Below, piece after piece: positions 29,010 through 38,889 of a stretch of 64,000 bases of DNA. The position numbers and the translations under genes were made by a program. The first letter of the stretch is position 1; each line of letters opens with the position of its first letter. The notes under the pieces are model-generated. The model was not told where the DNA came from and did no database searches. It saw nothing but the letters and a program-made list of their open reading frames with translations. Location of the stretch: positions 62,001 through 126,000 of IMG/VR virus record IMGVR_UViG_3300028840_008160, one strand, 5' to 3'.

Positions 29010-29455
29010 ATATGCTAAAAAAGTTTGATGACCCAATGGCAGCGATGCGAGCTGTTTCAGAGTTACAGCAACGGTCAAAAGAAGTACCAATTAATGATGA
29101 ATTTTCTGTAACAGTGCGAACTCTTGGAGCAAAAGATGAAACAGAATCATTTATTGACTGTATGCATCTTTGGGGTCAAGCATTTTTGTTGAAGCACAAA
29201 ATGGAAACATTATGTCGCGCAATTACATATATAAACGAAACGCCCATAGAATCAGTTAGTTTAGATGATAGACGACAAATTATTGGTCAATGGAATCAAG
29301 AATTAATTGATCAATTATATCTAGAATATGCTAAGATGTTAGGTTCAATTGATGATTTTATGAAAAAGATAGAATTAACTGCACAAACAAATGTTGTTGG
29401 TGTTAGAGAAGAAGAGATGAAAGCAGATTCAAATCAGGAGGAAAACAATGGCTAA
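29006..29455 (+). CDS. Tail assembly chaperone-like protein
   Basis: VTVRTLG..DE...ETLCRAITYIN...W.QELIDQLY.EY; position. Confidence 0.6.
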   Translation: MNMLKKFDDPMAAMRAVSELQQRSKEVPINDEFSVTVRTLGAKDETESFIDCMHLWGQAFLLKHKMETLCRAITYINETPIESVSLDDRRQIIGQWNQELIDQLYLEYAKMLGSIDDFMKKIELTAQTNVVGVREEEMKADSNQEENNG

Positions 29456-29873
29456 TAAAGATCCACTTGCATTGTTAAGATCATTGGAATCATATGGATA
29501 TCAAGAACGAGTTGTACCGATTGGTGATGTTAGTATTACATTAGCGCCACTTGGTGCAGCAGAAACAATTGAAGTGTTTGAATCTACTAATCAATATGAA
29601 GATACTGATGCATCAATTCAAAAATTAAAACTTGAAGCTGTTGCTAGATCAATTATTAAAGTAAATGACATATCATTAGATCCAAAAGGAATGCTTGAAG
29701 AAAAACAAAAAATAGTTGGTTCATTTGGTGATGAATTGATTGATATATTATTTGATGAATATTGCCAATTGGATAAGACAATCAAAGCTTCAGTTGTGCA
29801 AAGAGAATCTGCTGTAGTTGATTTAATTAGAGAACCAAAAGAAAATATTGAGTCTAAAAAGGATGAAATGTAA
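29448..29873 (+). CDS. Tail assembly chaperone-like protein
   Basis: ITLAPLG..E...EAVARSIIKVN...ELIDILFDEY; immediately before the tape measure. Confidence 0.6.
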   Translation: MANKDPLALLRSLESYGYQERVVPIGDVSITLAPLGAAETIEVFESTNQYEDTDASIQKLKLEAVARSIIKVNDISLDPKGMLEEKQKIVGSFGDELIDILFDEYCQLDKTIKASVVQRESAVVDLIREPKENIESKKDEM

Positions 29874-32800
29874 TGGCAAGAGAATCAAAAGTTAGATTAG
29901 ACGTCGAGTTCGGCGATGTCAGTCAAGCTGAGATTGATAAACTTGGTAAACAAGTTAAAGAAGGATTAGAGAGTGTAAAGCTTGATCCTACTTGGGCTCA
30001 GAAATATGCAGACGTACGAAGTGAGATTGTTCGTTTACAAAAAGAAGGTACTGAACTTGAATCATCTCGCAAAAAAACTATTGGTGAAATTACAAAATTA
30101 GAAGCTAGAAGTTTATCTAATAGAGAAAAGATGCAACGCGTTACTGATACTATCACTAATACGCAAATAGATAGTGCAAGATTAGAGCAACGATTTGCTA
30201 GACAACAATTTGATTTACAAAGTAAGATTAATGCTGACACAGCCAAATTAAATGATCTAAAAGAATCAGGAATGGATGATGAAAAGACTATAGCAGAAAT
30301 GCAAAAGTTACGTGATAGAATAACTAGTAATACATTAAAGAAGGAAGACTTAATTACTCAGCAAAAACGATTGGCTCTTAGAACTACTGAAAAAACAGTA
30401 AAATTGAACCAACAATTAGATGAAATAGAATCAGAAGATGTTAGACTGAACAAAGAAATAAACAGCTTATTGAATGATCGTAATACTAGTGTAGATAAAC
30501 TTAGAAGTAATCAAGATGCTATAATTGAACAGCAAAGAACTGCAGCTGGTCTTGAAAATCAACGAATAGCAACGCAGCAAGCTATTGCTGCAGAAATTAG
30601 AAAAGCAGATCCTTCAATATCGCAAGAAGACGCACTCAAACGAGCCAAGGAAATGTTGCCTATTGTTGGTAAACAATCAAAATTTGAACAAAAAAACGAA
30701 CAATTGTTAAAGCGAACAAAGAAAGATAGAAAAGCTATTCTTAAAGATAGATTGACTGAATTAACTATACATGATAAAATGTTAAAACGGCAAGGCATTG
30801 GTTTTATGGAACGCCGAAAAATAATTGGCGCTGAAAAAGTCAATGCTAAAAAATCATTAGGCTTAGTATCTGTTAGAGAACAAGCTACAGAAAAAGCTGC
30901 TAAAGGTATGGGAAAGGCTGTCTCTGGTCAACTTGGGCAAATTGCAGCTGTTGTTGGTAAACTGGCTGGTCCATTAATAGCATTAGGCGGCATTGCTGGG
31001 TTTGTGATGTTAATGCTTCAATATAATAAACAGATTATGGCTGCAAGAAAAAATCTATTTACATTGGCACAAACAGGTGATGCAACATGGAAGAAAATGG
31101 AAAAAGGACAGACAACTACCATTGGTCAAGTAGAAGCTTTTAGAGGATCATTACGTGGTTTATGGGGTCAAGTTGGAATGACATATGAAGACGCATTAAA
31201 AAATGTTGGTGCGTTAACAAAAGCTGGAATTGAACTTGACGTTACAACAGCAAAGGGAAGAGAAAGTTTTACAGGTTTAATGGCTGATGTTGAAAGTATG
31301 GCGTTAATGTCTGGTCAGTCGTTTGAAGAAATGGCCGCCACTGTCGGTGAATGGAAGACAGAATTTAGAAAAGATGTAGATGAAATGTCTGACACGTTTT
31401 TGTCACTTAGAAGTAGTGCGGCAAAAACTGACATTATGACAACTAGATTCTTTTCTAGTGTCATGAATGCTGCGCAAGGTTTGGCTATTTATGGTACGCA
31501 GATTGAGGATGTAGGTACGGCATTTGCCGCGTTGACAAATGGCGTGAAGATGCCTCAGAAAGAAGCTTCAAAATTAGCGAGCGAAATGATTAATGCTACT
31601 GATCAAATGTCTTCAGCACAAAAAGTAATGGTTGCACAAATTGGTGGTGCTAAAGGATTACTTGAAGAGCAACGAAAAAGTAAACAAGAAGAAGTTGATA
31701 GACTTGAACTTTTAGAAAAACAAGGCAAATTAACAGCTGCTAGTAGAAAAAGTCTTGAAAAGAATCGTGGAGAATTACAAGAGATTAATACATTATTGAC
31801 TACAAAATATCCAGACGAACTTGAAGCACAAACTAGATATTTTGAAGCGCTAGATCCTGGACAACAAATTGAACTACGTTTAAGAGCTTTGTCTAAAGCT
31901 GCGCCAGATATGTTTAAAGATGTTGATATTGCTGATCCTAAACAATTAGCTGGTGCGCTGGCTTTGAATAGAGAGAAAATGGCTGAAGTAGGAAAGCAAT
32001 TTGGTTTTGATAAGAAACAATTAATGTTAGTTGAACAATTAGCTAAAGCAGGAACTAGCATTGCAGATTTGCCGACTAAAATGGCTAAAAAAGAAGAAGA
32101 AGCAGAAAAGAAAAGACTTAAAGCTCAAGAACGCCGACAAGCAAGTATAATTCAACAAGGCACAAAATCAATAATGGATTCGTTGGGTCAAAAAATAGGA
32201 TATTGGGTTGAACAGATTTATTTGTGGCTTGAAGAAAAGATGATTCCGTTTTTTGAGATGGTTGCTGATTATTTTGGAAAAGATTATAAATATAAAGATG
32301 CAACTGCTGCTAAGTTAGCTGAAAGGATTAAAGAACTAGAAACTGAAGAAACAAAATTAGCTACTAGACAAAAAGAACTAGAGACTAAAGAAGCAGATGC
32401 AGGATTAACAAAAGACGAAGAAAAAGAATTGGCTGCAGTTAAAGAACGGCGCGGTGCTATACGTGTTGCAAAGAGCGGTATGGAAAGTCGACTTGCCTCT
32501 TCAAAGGAAGAAAAAGGCAGTGGACTAGGAGGCAAAGCTGCATCATTTCTTACAGGAGGTTTGTTAAAAACAAAAGAGAAGCAGTCAGCTGAACGTAATT
32601 TAAGAGCACTTGCTCAAGAGAAACGATTAGCTTTACAAAGTGCAATTGGTAAAGCTGGGTTTGATAAAGCAACAAAAGAATTTGCTGATTATGCTTTTAG
32701 ATTGTTTAGTAGTCATCCGTATATGACTAAAATTGGTGAAGGTGATGATAAAGCACAAAAGTGGTTGCGTAACAACTGGGATGAGTTAGTTATGCGTGTA

Positions 32801-33313
32801 TCTCAAGGGTTTATTCCAGTATCATTAAGCGCAAAAACTGGCGATGTTAGAAAGCTATTTTCATCATATTTAGGATTTCAAAAGGGTGGGTTTACAGGTG
32901 TTGGTGAACCAGGTAAGATTGCTGGATTTGCTCATAAAGGTGAGTTTGTTTTTGACAAACAAGCGACTGATAAAGCTGGCCCAGAAAATCTAGCAAATTT
33001 AATGACAGCAATAAAAAGCCCTAGTGCAGATGTGCCGTCAGCTGCGACATCAATTAATCAAGCACCGATTGATGTTGATACATCAATGCGAGCATTAGTA
33101 TCTATAATGAATTTTGATGGTATAATTAGTGCAGTTAATAGATTGCCTGGTGCAATAGCATCTGCGATGCCGGCTACTCAGGTTGCCGGCGGTGCAGCAG
33201 CACAAAATAATGTGACAAATAATGTTACACTAAATGTTAATCAGCGCGATAAACAAGAAATTGAACAGATTATTTACAAAGTATTATATGATAAAAGTGG
33301 AGCTAATATCTAA
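29873..33313 (+). CDS. Tail tape measure protein
   Basis: 1146 aa, largely coiled coil; hydrophobic segment (LAGPLIALGGIAGFVMLML); C-terminal FQKGGFTG...AHKGEFV motif typical of tape measures. Confidence 0.88.
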   Translation: MARESKVRLDVEFGDVSQAEIDKLGKQVKEGLESVKLDPTWAQKYADVRSEIVRLQKEGTELESSRKKTIGEITKLEARSLSNREKMQRVTDTITNTQIDSARLEQRFARQQFDLQSKINADTAKLNDLKESGMDDEKTIAEMQKLRDRITSNTLKKEDLITQQKRLALRTTEKTVKLNQQLDEIESEDVRLNKEINSLLNDRNTSVDKLRSNQDAIIEQQRTAAGLENQRIATQQAIAAEIRKADPSISQEDALKRAKEMLPIVGKQSKFEQKNEQLLKRTKKDRKAILKDRLTELTIHDKMLKRQGIGFMERRKIIGAEKVNAKKSLGLVSVREQATEKAAKGMGKAVSGQLGQIAAVVGKLAGPLIALGGIAGFVMLMLQYNKQIMAARKNLFTLAQTGDATWKKMEKGQTTTIGQVEAFRGSLRGLWGQVGMTYEDALKNVGALTKAGIELDVTTAKGRESFTGLMADVESMALMSGQSFEEMAATVGEWKTEFRKDVDEMSDTFLSLRSSAAKTDIMTTRFFSSVMNAAQGLAIYGTQIEDVGTAFAALTNGVKMPQKEASKLASEMINATDQMSSAQKVMVAQIGGAKGLLEEQRKSKQEEVDRLELLEKQGKLTAASRKSLEKNRGELQEINTLLTTKYPDELEAQTRYFEALDPGQQIELRLRALSKAAPDMFKDVDIADPKQLAGALALNREKMAEVGKQFGFDKKQLMLVEQLAKAGTSIADLPTKMAKKEEEAEKKRLKAQERRQASIIQQGTKSIMDSLGQKIGYWVEQIYLWLEEKMIPFFEMVADYFGKDYKYKDATAAKLAERIKELETEETKLATRQKELETKEADAGLTKDEEKELAAVKERRGAIRVAKSGMESRLASSKEEKGSGLGGKAASFLTGGLLKTKEKQSAERNLRALAQEKRLALQSAIGKAGFDKATKEFADYAFRLFSSHPYMTKIGEGDDKAQKWLRNNWDELVMRVSQGFIPVSLSAKTGDVRKLFSSYLGFQKGGFTGVGEPGKIAGFAHKGEFVFDKQATDKAGPENLANLMTAIKSPSADVPSAATSINQAPIDVDTSMRALVSIMNFDGIISAVNRLPGAIASAMPATQVAGGAAAQNNVTNNVTLNVNQRDKQEIEQIIYKVLYDKSGANI

Positions 33314-34029
33314 TGCCAATATCTAATGTTATATCTGGATTAAATGATGTTGCTAGTTTTTTGACTGAAACTCAGCAACGCGTGAATAGAGATGTGCAAC
33401 AGTATACAGGTTTACCTATACCGTCACAACAAAGTGGGACTATTGTAAATAGGAAAGCAATAATATGGCAAGTAACTGGATTGCCTAGCACATTACAAAT
33501 ACCTGATTTAATAATGAAAATTAATCCTAAAAATTTGTCATCCAAATATACACAATTAATAAATAGAAAACGAACACTAGCAGGATTTATTGAAGAACAT
33601 TGGGGAGAACAATTAGATTCATTATCTGCTGGGGGTCAAACTGGTCAGTTTTTTGGTCCTATAGGGTTAACAGATGATAGAAGACGAGATACAGATGCTT
33701 ATGATAGATTTCGACAATTAGTGGCTATTTATAGAAATAATGGTTCAGTCTATGATACTAGAACAGGGAAAATTATTGCACAGGGTGCAGTTGTAATGAA
33801 TTATGACAATTGTGTATACGCTGGATATTTTGAAAGTTTTACAATTATCGATTCTGCTGACAGACCATTCAGTCTTAATTATGATTTTGCATTTAAAGTT
33901 GTTAGAGAAATTTATCCTGGTCGAATCAAATCATTTGCTAATGTTACTACTGTTCCAAGAGTTGGAGCTCCTAGAAATGATAGAGTAACGATGGATATTA
34001 CAACTTTTTCTGGGGGTAATGAAGCATGA
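33313..34029 (+). CDS. Baseplate/tube initiator protein (T4 gp48/gp54-like)
   Basis: MKINP.NL...RT..GF.EEHWGEQLD.LS..G.TG...Y.GYFESF......PF..NY.F.F tube-like fold directly after the tape measure. Confidence 0.7.
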   Translation: MPISNVISGLNDVASFLTETQQRVNRDVQQYTGLPIPSQQSGTIVNRKAIIWQVTGLPSTLQIPDLIMKINPKNLSSKYTQLINRKRTLAGFIEEHWGEQLDSLSAGGQTGQFFGPIGLTDDRRRDTDAYDRFRQLVAIYRNNGSVYDTRTGKIIAQGAVVMNYDNCVYAGYFESFTIIDSADRPFSLNYDFAFKVVREIYPGRIKSFANVTTVPRVGAPRNDRVTMDITTFSGGNEA

Positions 34030-34574
34030 ATATTTTGGGTTGCAAATTACCAGTCAAACCAATGTTTTTTGAACTTGAAATAGATGAACCACCGCCAGTA
34101 TTGGCTTTAGCTATTAATCCTAGAGAATTTTCAAAAACGATGGCTAAAAGAGTGACTCAAAGTCGACATAGAGCTGAAATAAGAGATAAAGGTGCATATA
34201 CAAACAATTTTGCATTTGATGAATTGGATGTATTAAGTTGTTCTGGCACATCAGCAATGTTTTATGGTCAAAATGGTTTGACTGTTGATGATAGACGTAA
34301 TTCATTAGGTTTTAGAAATTTGAATAGTCTGGTACAAATATATCGTAATAATGGTCGAAATTATAGAAAACGGCCGACAAATGATGCACCATTAGTAACT
34401 GGTGGTAGTGGATTAATCGAAACTGTTGGTCGTGTTATTATTGCTTTTGATGATTTTATTTATAGAGGATCGTTTGATTCATTTTCATTAGATGAAACTG
34501 ATGACAAACCGTTTAATATAAGTTTTAGTTTTCAATTTACAGTTAGTAATACAATTGATGTGAGAAATCCATGA
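34026..34574 (+). CDS. Second baseplate/tube initiator paralogue
   Basis: Same pattern as the preceding gene (INP.EF, ELD.LS.SG, IYRNNG, Y.G.FDSF, PFNI.FSF.F). Confidence 0.7.
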   Translation: MNILGCKLPVKPMFFELEIDEPPPVLALAINPREFSKTMAKRVTQSRHRAEIRDKGAYTNNFAFDELDVLSCSGTSAMFYGQNGLTVDDRRNSLGFRNLNSLVQIYRNNGRNYRKRPTNDAPLVTGGSGLIETVGRVIIAFDDFIYRGSFDSFSLDETDDKPFNISFSFQFTVSNTIDVRNP

Positions 34575-36745
34575 GTGATCGAAATTTATATCAACAAGCT
34601 GATGTACAAGCCTTAGCACCTGATGCTATAATCTTTATTGATCAGAGTGATGGTCAAGGCCGTAAAAGAACTATTAACTTGAAAACAATTAATAATGGTA
34701 AGATTGAAGAAGCTCCTGTTGATTTTATGAATTTTGTGACAAATATATCAGTATCAAAAGGTATTGACAGTGTACCAGGCAGCGCAACTATTTCAGTTAG
34801 AACACCGAAGCATATGGCAGATAATTTTTATGGAAGTGTGAAAGATGCATTGTCGACTATGGATGAGATTGAAATATATATGAAGGGTCGGTTTCTTTAT
34901 GAGAATAAACCCCAATATTACCCAGTATTTTGGGGCGTAATTAGTAATTTGACTGAAGGTATTACTGCAGGTGATTTAGCTTCAGTGACTATTACATGTC
35001 AAGATATGATGAGATGGTTGGCTGTGACTAAAGTCAATATTAGTCCGTCAGCTTTAAATTCAAGAATAAATCATGATCCAACAGGGCAAGTGCCTATAGA
35101 ACAACAAAATACTGAAGTGAAAATTCATCCATTTTCTTCTTATTTTGTAGGACTTAGTACGCCAGGCATTATTAGAGAATTATTTAACTTATCGACTAGT
35201 GCTGCATTTTTGGCACCTAGAAATATTCAACAACGAGGTTTTCTTGAGCAAGAAAATGCTGAGCCAGAAATTGTTGACGATTTAGCACCGACAGAAAGTC
35301 AGTTAATTAAATTGTGGCAACAAAAATTTAATAGATTGTCTAATGCATTTTATATATTCGGATTTGATGGTTACACGACACAACCATCTGCGCCGTTTGG
35401 CATTCCTGATATTGCATTAAATGTTGAAGCATATGCATCAATATACGGATATGCGACTCAAACAATTAAGACATATGATGATGCTGGTAATCAAATAGGA
35501 ACTGAAAGTGTAAAACGGCCATTAATTGATATGACAAAATTGTTTCCGCAGGATGCTGCTGCTTATGCAGTGCAGACACCGCCGATTTTCTCTTCCAATT
35601 TTCAAAATAGATTGGATATCGCTAATGAAGTAAAAAATCAAATTCATTTTGAATTTTTTCAAGATGTTGATGGCACTATTGTGTTGAAACCTCAATTTTA
35701 CAATATGGACACTCGTGAAAACCAAATATATGTTATTGAAGATATTGATATAACAAATTTTAATGTGATTGAAGATGAAAGTCAAATAATTACTAGAGTT
35801 GATGTGACTGGTTCGTTTGTGACTGGTATGTCGGCAGGTGCAGCAGAAAGCGCAAATCCACAATATGGCTTTGCTGTTGATTATGATAAATTAGCAAAAT
35901 ATGGTCTTAGGGATATGTCGCTTAATACAAATTTCATCACTACTGGTGATGACGCTATTTTATATGCGCAAAGAGAACTTGCAAGAAAGAACAGTTTAGT
36001 GCATAATGGATCAATTACAATTCAAGGTAGACCAGAAATAAAGTTGGGTTATCCTGTGTATATACCAAGTAGAGATTCATTTTATTATGTTACTGGAATA
36101 TCACATTCATTTGCATTTGGCGGTTCATTCGACACAACACTGTCTGTGACTGCATTTAGACAAAAAAGGACTGACAATTTAGGCAATTTATTAAAAAATC
36201 TATATGTTGAAACAGATGGCTCACCTACAACGCAGACTGACGATCAAGGTAAAGATACAACGCATGATGATGATAATGTAATGAATAATCTTACAAAACT
36301 TTGTGCTGCAGATGCTGCAAATCAGTTTACAGCTTCAAGACCAAATTATAGATTGAAGTCTTTAGACAACATATTACAATATCAAGGCACATTCAGATAT
36401 ATTAAAGATGAAACTAGAGATGAATATGATCCTCGAAAATATCAGCAAGTGACTGATAATGAGGGTTATATGTTAATAGGCAATGGATATCCGTTTGGTA
36501 AAGACTTGAAGTTAACTGAAGATTTCAAGATTAAACTTAAGACAGCTACTGGTGAAGAAGCTGCTGAAATTGCATCAAAAATGCAAGTTCAAACTGCCGG
36601 CAGTAATAGTCCACAAAGTACATTGCGTTATCAGCAACCATTAACGCTTGAACAAGTTCAAAGTGTTGAAGTTATGACAGCTAAAAGTGAAATTGCTATT
36701 AATATGAGACCATCACAAGATGCAACAGATGATAATAATGGATAA
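34571..36745 (+). CDS. Baseplate hub protein (T4 gp27 / P2 gpD-like)
   Basis: ISVSK...PGSATI, EIEIYMKG...VFWG.I, ITCQD, FEFFQD.DG.IV.KP, KYG.R, G.ITI.GRPEI.LG.PV...YYVTGISH.F...F.TTL. Confidence 0.8.
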   Translation: MSDRNLYQQADVQALAPDAIIFIDQSDGQGRKRTINLKTINNGKIEEAPVDFMNFVTNISVSKGIDSVPGSATISVRTPKHMADNFYGSVKDALSTMDEIEIYMKGRFLYENKPQYYPVFWGVISNLTEGITAGDLASVTITCQDMMRWLAVTKVNISPSALNSRINHDPTGQVPIEQQNTEVKIHPFSSYFVGLSTPGIIRELFNLSTSAAFLAPRNIQQRGFLEQENAEPEIVDDLAPTESQLIKLWQQKFNRLSNAFYIFGFDGYTTQPSAPFGIPDIALNVEAYASIYGYATQTIKTYDDAGNQIGTESVKRPLIDMTKLFPQDAAAYAVQTPPIFSSNFQNRLDIANEVKNQIHFEFFQDVDGTIVLKPQFYNMDTRENQIYVIEDIDITNFNVIEDESQIITRVDVTGSFVTGMSAGAAESANPQYGFAVDYDKLAKYGLRDMSLNTNFITTGDDAILYAQRELARKNSLVHNGSITIQGRPEIKLGYPVYIPSRDSFYYVTGISHSFAFGGSFDTTLSVTAFRQKRTDNLGNLLKNLYVETDGSPTTQTDDQGKDTTHDDDNVMNNLTKLCAADAANQFTASRPNYRLKSLDNILQYQGTFRYIKDETRDEYDPRKYQQVTDNEGYMLIGNGYPFGKDLKLTEDFKIKLKTATGEEAAEIASKMQVQTAGSNSPQSTLRYQQPLTLEQVQSVEVMTAKSEIAINMRPSQDATDDNNG

Positions 36746-36754
36746 GGAGTAATT

Positions 36755-38854
36755 ATGGCAGAAAAAGCGTTTGTGCAAAAAGGTGAAGATCCTACTTTTA
36801 ATCAATATGTTGATTTTTACAAATTTTTGCAAGTTGGCAGAATTGCAAGAGTCGACAATGAACGGAATATTGTCGATATTCAATTTTCTACTAATCCTGT
36901 TTATTCTAAAAATATTCCAGTAACGAATCCATTTTTTACAGGCAGAGCCTTTGTCGGCGGTATGCCAGAAGTAGGTTCATATGTAATATGTGGATTTATC
37001 AAGTTAACAAATACTGTTGGTACGCCTGTTATAGTTGCATATCTTGATAGCGAATATTATCGGTCTCTTAATTACATTTATTCGATAGGTAAAACTAGCG
37101 ATGAATTAAAAGAATTAACTGGCGTGCATGAGAAGATTGGTTATGGTGTTAGACGATTAAAACGCAGAAAATTATATCCTGGTGATGTAGGTTTAGAATC
37201 GACACAAGGGTCTGAACTTTTATTAGATGATGGTATATTATTATCTGATTCAAAATTAGATGAAATACGCATTTCTAGTGCTGAGCGAACAATTATTCAG
37301 AATGCTGTAAATAATTTTCAATATACTAGTGGCACTAGATTTCTTAATGGTTTGGTCTTGCGACCAAATGCTCCGTCAATTGAGCCCGTGATTTTAGATA
37401 ATGGTCAAAAAATGTTTGTGGTGACGTCTGATGCTAGGTCAATTGATAATAATGGTCAAGCATTTACTGAAATGCGACATGAAATACGTGAAACAGCAAA
37501 CGCTGTACTTGATGTAGTTGAGTCATATGAAGATGCAGATTTTGCTGATGATTCGGCAAAAGGTAGATTACTTATTAGTCAGATACTGGGCACGTTAGTA
37601 GGCAACGATAAGAGTGACATAAGTCGTTATGGGAAAGTTTTGAGGCCACAAGTATTTGCAAGTGAAGGTAATATACCTACACCTGAAGATGTTATTTGCA
37701 AACCTCATGAATTTTTTAATTTAGCATCAGCATATCAATTAAAATTTGACAGTGGTACAAAAATTGATGTTGATAAAGAAGGTCATGTATTTGCATATTT
37801 AACGGCTTCGTCAGCTGCTCATCCGCTTGGCGCTGGTAGATCAATGGAATTTGCATCTGATGGTAGTTTGAAATTTGTTATTGGTAAAACAAATGTTGGT
37901 GAACGATCGTTAGAATTGTCTACTGAGGGAAAAGTGACGATGCATTTTGGGTTCGATTCTGATACGCTAACTAGTTGCGAGTGGGTATTAGATCGAGCAA
38001 TGTATATGACGATTAATGGTACTGATAAGAATGGTTTTGCTCGTCGTGATGAATTATTTGGACATTATTATGAGAAAATTCATGGTGACAAGACTATTGA
38101 TGTTGATGGTAGTTTAAATGTCATTGTGAAAGGTAAGATTCAGGAAGATATTTTAGGTGCTAAAGCTGAAAATTATGTTAATGACAAAATGACAAATTAT
38201 GGTGGTGATTTTCAGGAAATTGTTACATATCAACGACAGAGTAAATATGGTGAAGGTCATGTAACTGATATAGCTAAAACGGGTGATGAATTAAACATTT
38301 TAGAAGGTGATAAAACTGAAACGTTAACGCTTGGCAATAAAGAAGTAACACTTATTGCTGGCGATAGTAAAGAAACATTGACACTTGGTAGCCATGAAGT
38401 CGATTTGACTGCTGGTGATATGAAAGAAAGTTTACTTAAAGGAAATAGAGAAACAAGTATAACATTAGGCGATCATAAGATTGAAGTTAAGACTGGTGAC
38501 ATTTCTCAAGACGTGACGTTAGGCGATAGTACAGAATCTGTTGGCACAGGTAATAAAACAATTACAGTTAAATTAGGTGATTTTGAAGTTAAAGTGACGA
38601 CTGGAAATGTTACTATAGAATCAACAACTGGAACAGTTGATGTCAAAGCATCAACTCAGAAAGTTACAGTTAATGGCATGTTGAGTGTCGATGTTGTAAG
38701 TGCAACGAAAGTTAATGTGAAAGCACCGATGGTTGACATTGGTCAAACGCCTGTTAAAGGTGGGGTAGTGACTGGATTGCCAGCGCCAAGTCACCTAGAT
38801 TTTATTTGCGGGACTCCGCTGCTTACGTCACAGACTATAAAGGCTGCATTATGA
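36755..38854 (+). CDS. Baseplate central spike (gp5/gpV/VgrG-like)
   Basis: N-terminal OB fold (GRIARVD...GMPEVGS.VI.GF); C-terminal Gly-periodic beta-helix repeats. Confidence 0.82.
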   Translation: MAEKAFVQKGEDPTFNQYVDFYKFLQVGRIARVDNERNIVDIQFSTNPVYSKNIPVTNPFFTGRAFVGGMPEVGSYVICGFIKLTNTVGTPVIVAYLDSEYYRSLNYIYSIGKTSDELKELTGVHEKIGYGVRRLKRRKLYPGDVGLESTQGSELLLDDGILLSDSKLDEIRISSAERTIIQNAVNNFQYTSGTRFLNGLVLRPNAPSIEPVILDNGQKMFVVTSDARSIDNNGQAFTEMRHEIRETANAVLDVVESYEDADFADDSAKGRLLISQILGTLVGNDKSDISRYGKVLRPQVFASEGNIPTPEDVICKPHEFFNLASAYQLKFDSGTKIDVDKEGHVFAYLTASSAAHPLGAGRSMEFASDGSLKFVIGKTNVGERSLELSTEGKVTMHFGFDSDTLTSCEWVLDRAMYMTINGTDKNGFARRDELFGHYYEKIHGDKTIDVDGSLNVIVKGKIQEDILGAKAENYVNDKMTNYGGDFQEIVTYQRQSKYGEGHVTDIAKTGDELNILEGDKTETLTLGNKEVTLIAGDSKETLTLGSHEVDLTAGDMKESLLKGNRETSITLGDHKIEVKTGDISQDVTLGDSTESVGTGNKTITVKLGDFEVKVTTGNVTIESTTGTVDVKASTQKVTVNGMLSVDVVSATKVNVKAPMVDIGQTPVKGGVVTGLPAPSHLDFICGTPLLTSQTIKAAL

Positions 38855-38889
38855 TCAATTTGTAGTAAGTTGATAACAGGTGCAATAAT

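Noticed and set aside
29850-29875. -1 frameshift at TAAAAAG fusing the last chaperone to the tape measure
   Set aside because: Not a canonical XXXYYYZ heptamer, and the -1 frame hits TGA almost immediately.
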